Shown one piece after another: positions 55,893-58,602 of a stretch of DNA of 58,602 nt. The notes under the pieces are model-generated. The model worked only from the letters and a program-made list of their open reading frames with translations. It did no database searches and was not told the DNA's origin. How positions within the stretch are numbered: the first letter of the stretch is position 1; each line of letters begins with the position of its first letter. Source of the stretch: a virus (Duplodnaviria; Caudoviricetes); the IMG/VR virus record IMGVR_UViG_3300006893_000009, positions 1 through 58,602 of that record, one strand, 5' to 3'. Both the position numbers and the translations under genes were made by a program.

Positions 55893-57020
55893 ATGTGGAC
55901 ACCACCTAATTTCTCTGACCAAGCACCTAGCACTCAATTTGCAGTCGCTCCACAAACACCGTCGGCTCAGCCGAATAACAATGACATGATGGCACAGTAC
56001 CAATCTATGCTCGCTCCGTATCAGCAAAGGGCACAGCAGATTTTTGGTGGCAATCCTGTGTTTGGGAATTCTGACTTTGCTCAGAATCACCCGACAGCCG
56101 CTCATGTCTTTAGCAATTTGCTTCTCGCAGCGTCAAAGGCTCAGCCGGGTGCAACTCCTGCTGACTCTATTCGTATTGCCGCGCAGATGGCTTTAACTCC
56201 CCGTGAGGCTGGTATTCAGCAACAGTTGAATCTCGCCAGAGCACCGGGTGAGTTGATGGCCCCTGAACTTCAATTGCTTCAGCATCTTTCTCAGATGCGC
56301 TATCAAAACTCTGAGGTTGGGCGTAATCAAGCTATGTCTGATTACTACTCAGGAGCTAAGTCTGACCTTGCGACTGCGCAAGCTGGTAGAGCGAATGAAC
56401 CCAAGACTCACTTCGGGCCTCCTGTCATGGACCCGAATAATCCAAATCAGATGCTTCAGCCAGAGTATGATTCTGCAACTGGGAGACAGCTTAGAATTGT
56501 TCCCATTCCGGGTGCTCCAGTTACAAAGACTAAGCCCGGTGACCCTAACCGAGACTTCACTCAGTCTGGTATTCTACGAAGGTTGAATGACCCTGACCCT
56601 GCTGTAAGGGCTGAGGCTTCAACTGACAGAGACAATTTTATTAACTTGACCAGCGGTATTGCAGGTGGTAAGACTGGAGCTGAACAAGGCGCTCCACATG
56701 CTGCTAGTGATAAAGCAGCGTTCATTTCTGACCAGCGAGCATTGCTACAAAAGACTCTTCCTGCTGCCCCGAAGTTTGATGAATGGTCTCAGAGCGACAT
56801 TCTTGCTGGCGGAGACATTCGGACACAAGCTAAGCGTTTCTCGCAAGCTCAAGATGACTATGCAATAAAGGTTGGCGGGACCAGTCAGAACTTCGCCGCA
56901 TATATGAAGTCTGGAGACCCCGAAGCAGGTGTTCCTTTTGATGTGAGTAAGAACTACCACGCTAAATCGCAAGCTCCTGCTGCGAATGGTAACAGTGGTT
57001 CTAGCTGGCAGCCTAAGTAA
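55893..57020 (+). CDS. Putative DNA-ejection protein (P22 gp20 position)
   Basis: Q/A-rich helical 375 aa between the small and giant ejection genes. Confidence 0.55.
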   Translation: MWTPPNFSDQAPSTQFAVAPQTPSAQPNNNDMMAQYQSMLAPYQQRAQQIFGGNPVFGNSDFAQNHPTAAHVFSNLLLAASKAQPGATPADSIRIAAQMALTPREAGIQQQLNLARAPGELMAPELQLLQHLSQMRYQNSEVGRNQAMSDYYSGAKSDLATAQAGRANEPKTHFGPPVMDPNNPNQMLQPEYDSATGRQLRIVPIPGAPVTKTKPGDPNRDFTQSGILRRLNDPDPAVRAEASTDRDNFINLTSGIAGGKTGAEQGAPHAASDKAAFISDQRALLQKTLPAAPKFDEWSQSDILAGGDIRTQAKRFSQAQDDYAIKVGGTSQNFAAYMKSGDPEAGVPFDVSKNYHAKSQAPAANGNSGSSWQPK

Positions 57021-57045
57021 GTCAACGACCCATTAAAGGTGGCTC

Positions 57046-58602
57046 TTGCCTCAATCACCGCAGCAATCTGATTATCTCAAGACAACTTTGCAGCAGTCTA
57101 CCACTTTGACTGATGACCAGCGTCAGCAGATGTGGGATACGTTTCATCAAGCCAAAGACCAAGGCGATTTCGTCCAGCGGGTGAATAAACTCTCATGGAT
57201 GGGCGATGATGCGAAGCAGTCTCTATACGAGCTAAGATATAAGCCTGAAAAGTGGATGACCCAATCGGGCCAACCCATTCCCCCCTCTCAACAGGGGGCT
57301 GCTCCTGTTTCTACACCCCAGCAGACAGGGTTCGTACCTCTTAAAAGACTCACTGACCTAGCCCCACCTCAGAAAGGGTCCTCACCTTCCGGTATCAATT
57401 TTGACCAGATAGAGGATAGGATTACTGGTGAGATGATTCCTCATGCTCTTGCCACGGCTGACCAAGTATTGAATCAGCCTATTGGCAAGACTCTCTTTGG
57501 GATTCCTTCGTTGTCCGAAAGCGCTGCCAAGATGCGTGCGGCTATTGCCCCACCCGTTCAAGGTGGAACTGCGGGTATGACTGCTGACGCTAAGCGTATT
57601 GCTTTGACCACTGGTGCTGGGTTAGGTGATTATCTTCAATCCCCGGCTGGTGTGGCTGGTGAGTTCTTGACTATCGCTACTGGTGGTGCTGCTGGCCCGG
57701 CTATTGCAGGCGCATATGCTGTAGACTCTGGCACCCACACTTACCAACAATATCAGAATTACCAAAAGAATCCAACTCCTGAGAACCTACAGAATGTACT
57801 TCAGTCTAGTGCCATGACTACGCTTATGGCATCTGGGGCGACTCATGCAACGCCTATGGCCGTTGACCCAGCTATAACTCTTGACCGTTCACGGATGGCA
57901 CGGGATATGGTTGCCCCAACTCCTGAACCCACGCAGCCTCCTGTTGTTCCAAGAGGAGCTGGTACAAGCGCTGTTCAGTTAGTTGACCAGCCTCCTGCAA
58001 TCTCTAAGGAAGCTGACATCCAAGCCCATTCAGGTGAGATTGCCCGGATGCAAAGAGTGTTGGATAGTCCCGGTGTGCCTGCTGATGAAAAGGCTTATGC
58101 TCGTCAGGCTATGCAAGCTTCTATTGAACAGCGGGATGTTTTGCAGCGCCCAGACAGTCGAGCAGCTATAACTGAGAAGCAACCCAACGTACTTGCCCCC
58201 AAGGTGGGTCCAGAAATTGCTCCAGAACCCATCCAGAATAATTTGGAATCCCTTGCCCCTGAGCATCAAGAAATTGCTCAAAGGATAGAGGAGCAATCCC
58301 CTGCACCGTCTGCTGGCGTTGCCCCTGAGGAAACTGCGAATCGCAAAATGGTAGAAGACCTTGGAGGGGTTTGGAAAGGTTCTGACCAGCTTGGTCTTTC
58401 GCATTTTGATGCACCTGAAGCTCTCCTTGGTCGTAAAGACGTTACTATCTCTGTTCCTACTGACAAGCTTTCTCCAGACTATATCAAAGCTCAGTTCGAC
58501 CGTAAGGCTGCGGAGTTCGCCCCTAAGCCGCTTCCTGCAACGGAAGATGTCATGCCACGCTTGAACACTCTCATGGAGAATAACTTCAAGCAGCTTGTTG
58601 AC
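57046..58602 (+). CDS. N-terminal 519 aa of the giant virion protein (missed by the ORF track; continues at 15)
   Basis: TTG start after AAGGTGG; open to the contig end (LPQSPQQSDYLK..ENNFKQLVD). Confidence 0.8.
   Translation, partial: MPQSPQQSDYLKTTLQQSTTLTDDQRQQMWDTFHQAKDQGDFVQRVNKLSWMGDDAKQSLYELRYKPEKWMTQSGQPIPPSQQGAAPVSTPQQTGFVPLKRLTDLAPPQKGSSPSGINFDQIEDRITGEMIPHALATADQVLNQPIGKTLFGIPSLSESAAKMRAAIAPPVQGGTAGMTADAKRIALTTGAGLGDYLQSPAGVAGEFLTIATGGAAGPAIAGAYAVDSGTHTYQQYQNYQKNPTPENLQNVLQSSAMTTLMASGATHATPMAVDPAITLDRSRMARDMVAPTPEPTQPPVVPRGAGTSAVQLVDQPPAISKEADIQAHSGEIARMQRVLDSPGVPADEKAYARQAMQASIEQRDVLQRPDSRAAITEKQPNVLAPKVGPEIAPEPIQNNLESLAPEHQEIAQRIEEQSPAPSAGVAPEETANRKMVEDLGGVWKGSDQLGLSHFDAPEALLGRKDVTISVPTDKLSPDYIKAQFDRKAAEFAPKPLPATEDVMPRLNTLMENNFKQLVD
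58589..58602. repeat. Terminal overlap, copy 2
   Basis: Identical to 1-14. Confidence 0.9.

Noticed and set aside
3624-57380. CRISPR array or terminator/promoter interpretation of the GACCC..GGTGG repeats
   Set aside because: Copies are kb apart, mostly intragenic, lack U-tracts and are independent of transcription direction; no Cas genes (the Cas4-like nuclease is in a recombination context)
1-58602. Genome-wide stop-codon reassignment
   Set aside because: TAA, TAG and TGA all terminate well-supported genes, long genes are intact in code 11, and there is no suppressor tRNA

Overview
Near-complete, circularly permuted ~58.6 kb podovirus-like dsDNA phage genome. The last 14 nt repeat the first 14 nt, and one ~2025-aa virion protein gene reads across that junction. 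Two arms diverge from an AT-rich intergenic region at ~31.7-32.2 kb and converge at ~5.3 kb. The minus arm carries many small early genes, a phiEco32-like amide/peptide-ligation cluster (two COOH-NH2 ligases, class II GATase, ATP-grasp, GGCT, GNAT, 2OG-like), an ECF-like sigma factor, recombination and replication genes (PD-(D/E)XK nuclease, AAA_24 ATPase, SSB-like, UDG-fused PolA, RepA-type helicase, no recognisable primase), nucleotide-pool enzymes and tRNA-Asn. The plus arm carries TerS/TerL, portal, scaffold, N4-gp56-type capsid, HNH, lysis genes, tail genes and ejection proteins. The most notable signals are non-coding: (1) about 21 copies of GACCC-N6-8-GGTGG dispersed over both strands, many inside ORFs; (2) a complete type II hammerhead ribozyme right after the first early gene; (3) two unclassified ~250-nt structured RNAs inside the ligase cluster; (4) three identically spaced bipartite promoters, probably for the phage sigma; (5) CACAA-loop hairpins over late-gene RBSs. 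All family calls come from motif recognition by eye; no database search was run.
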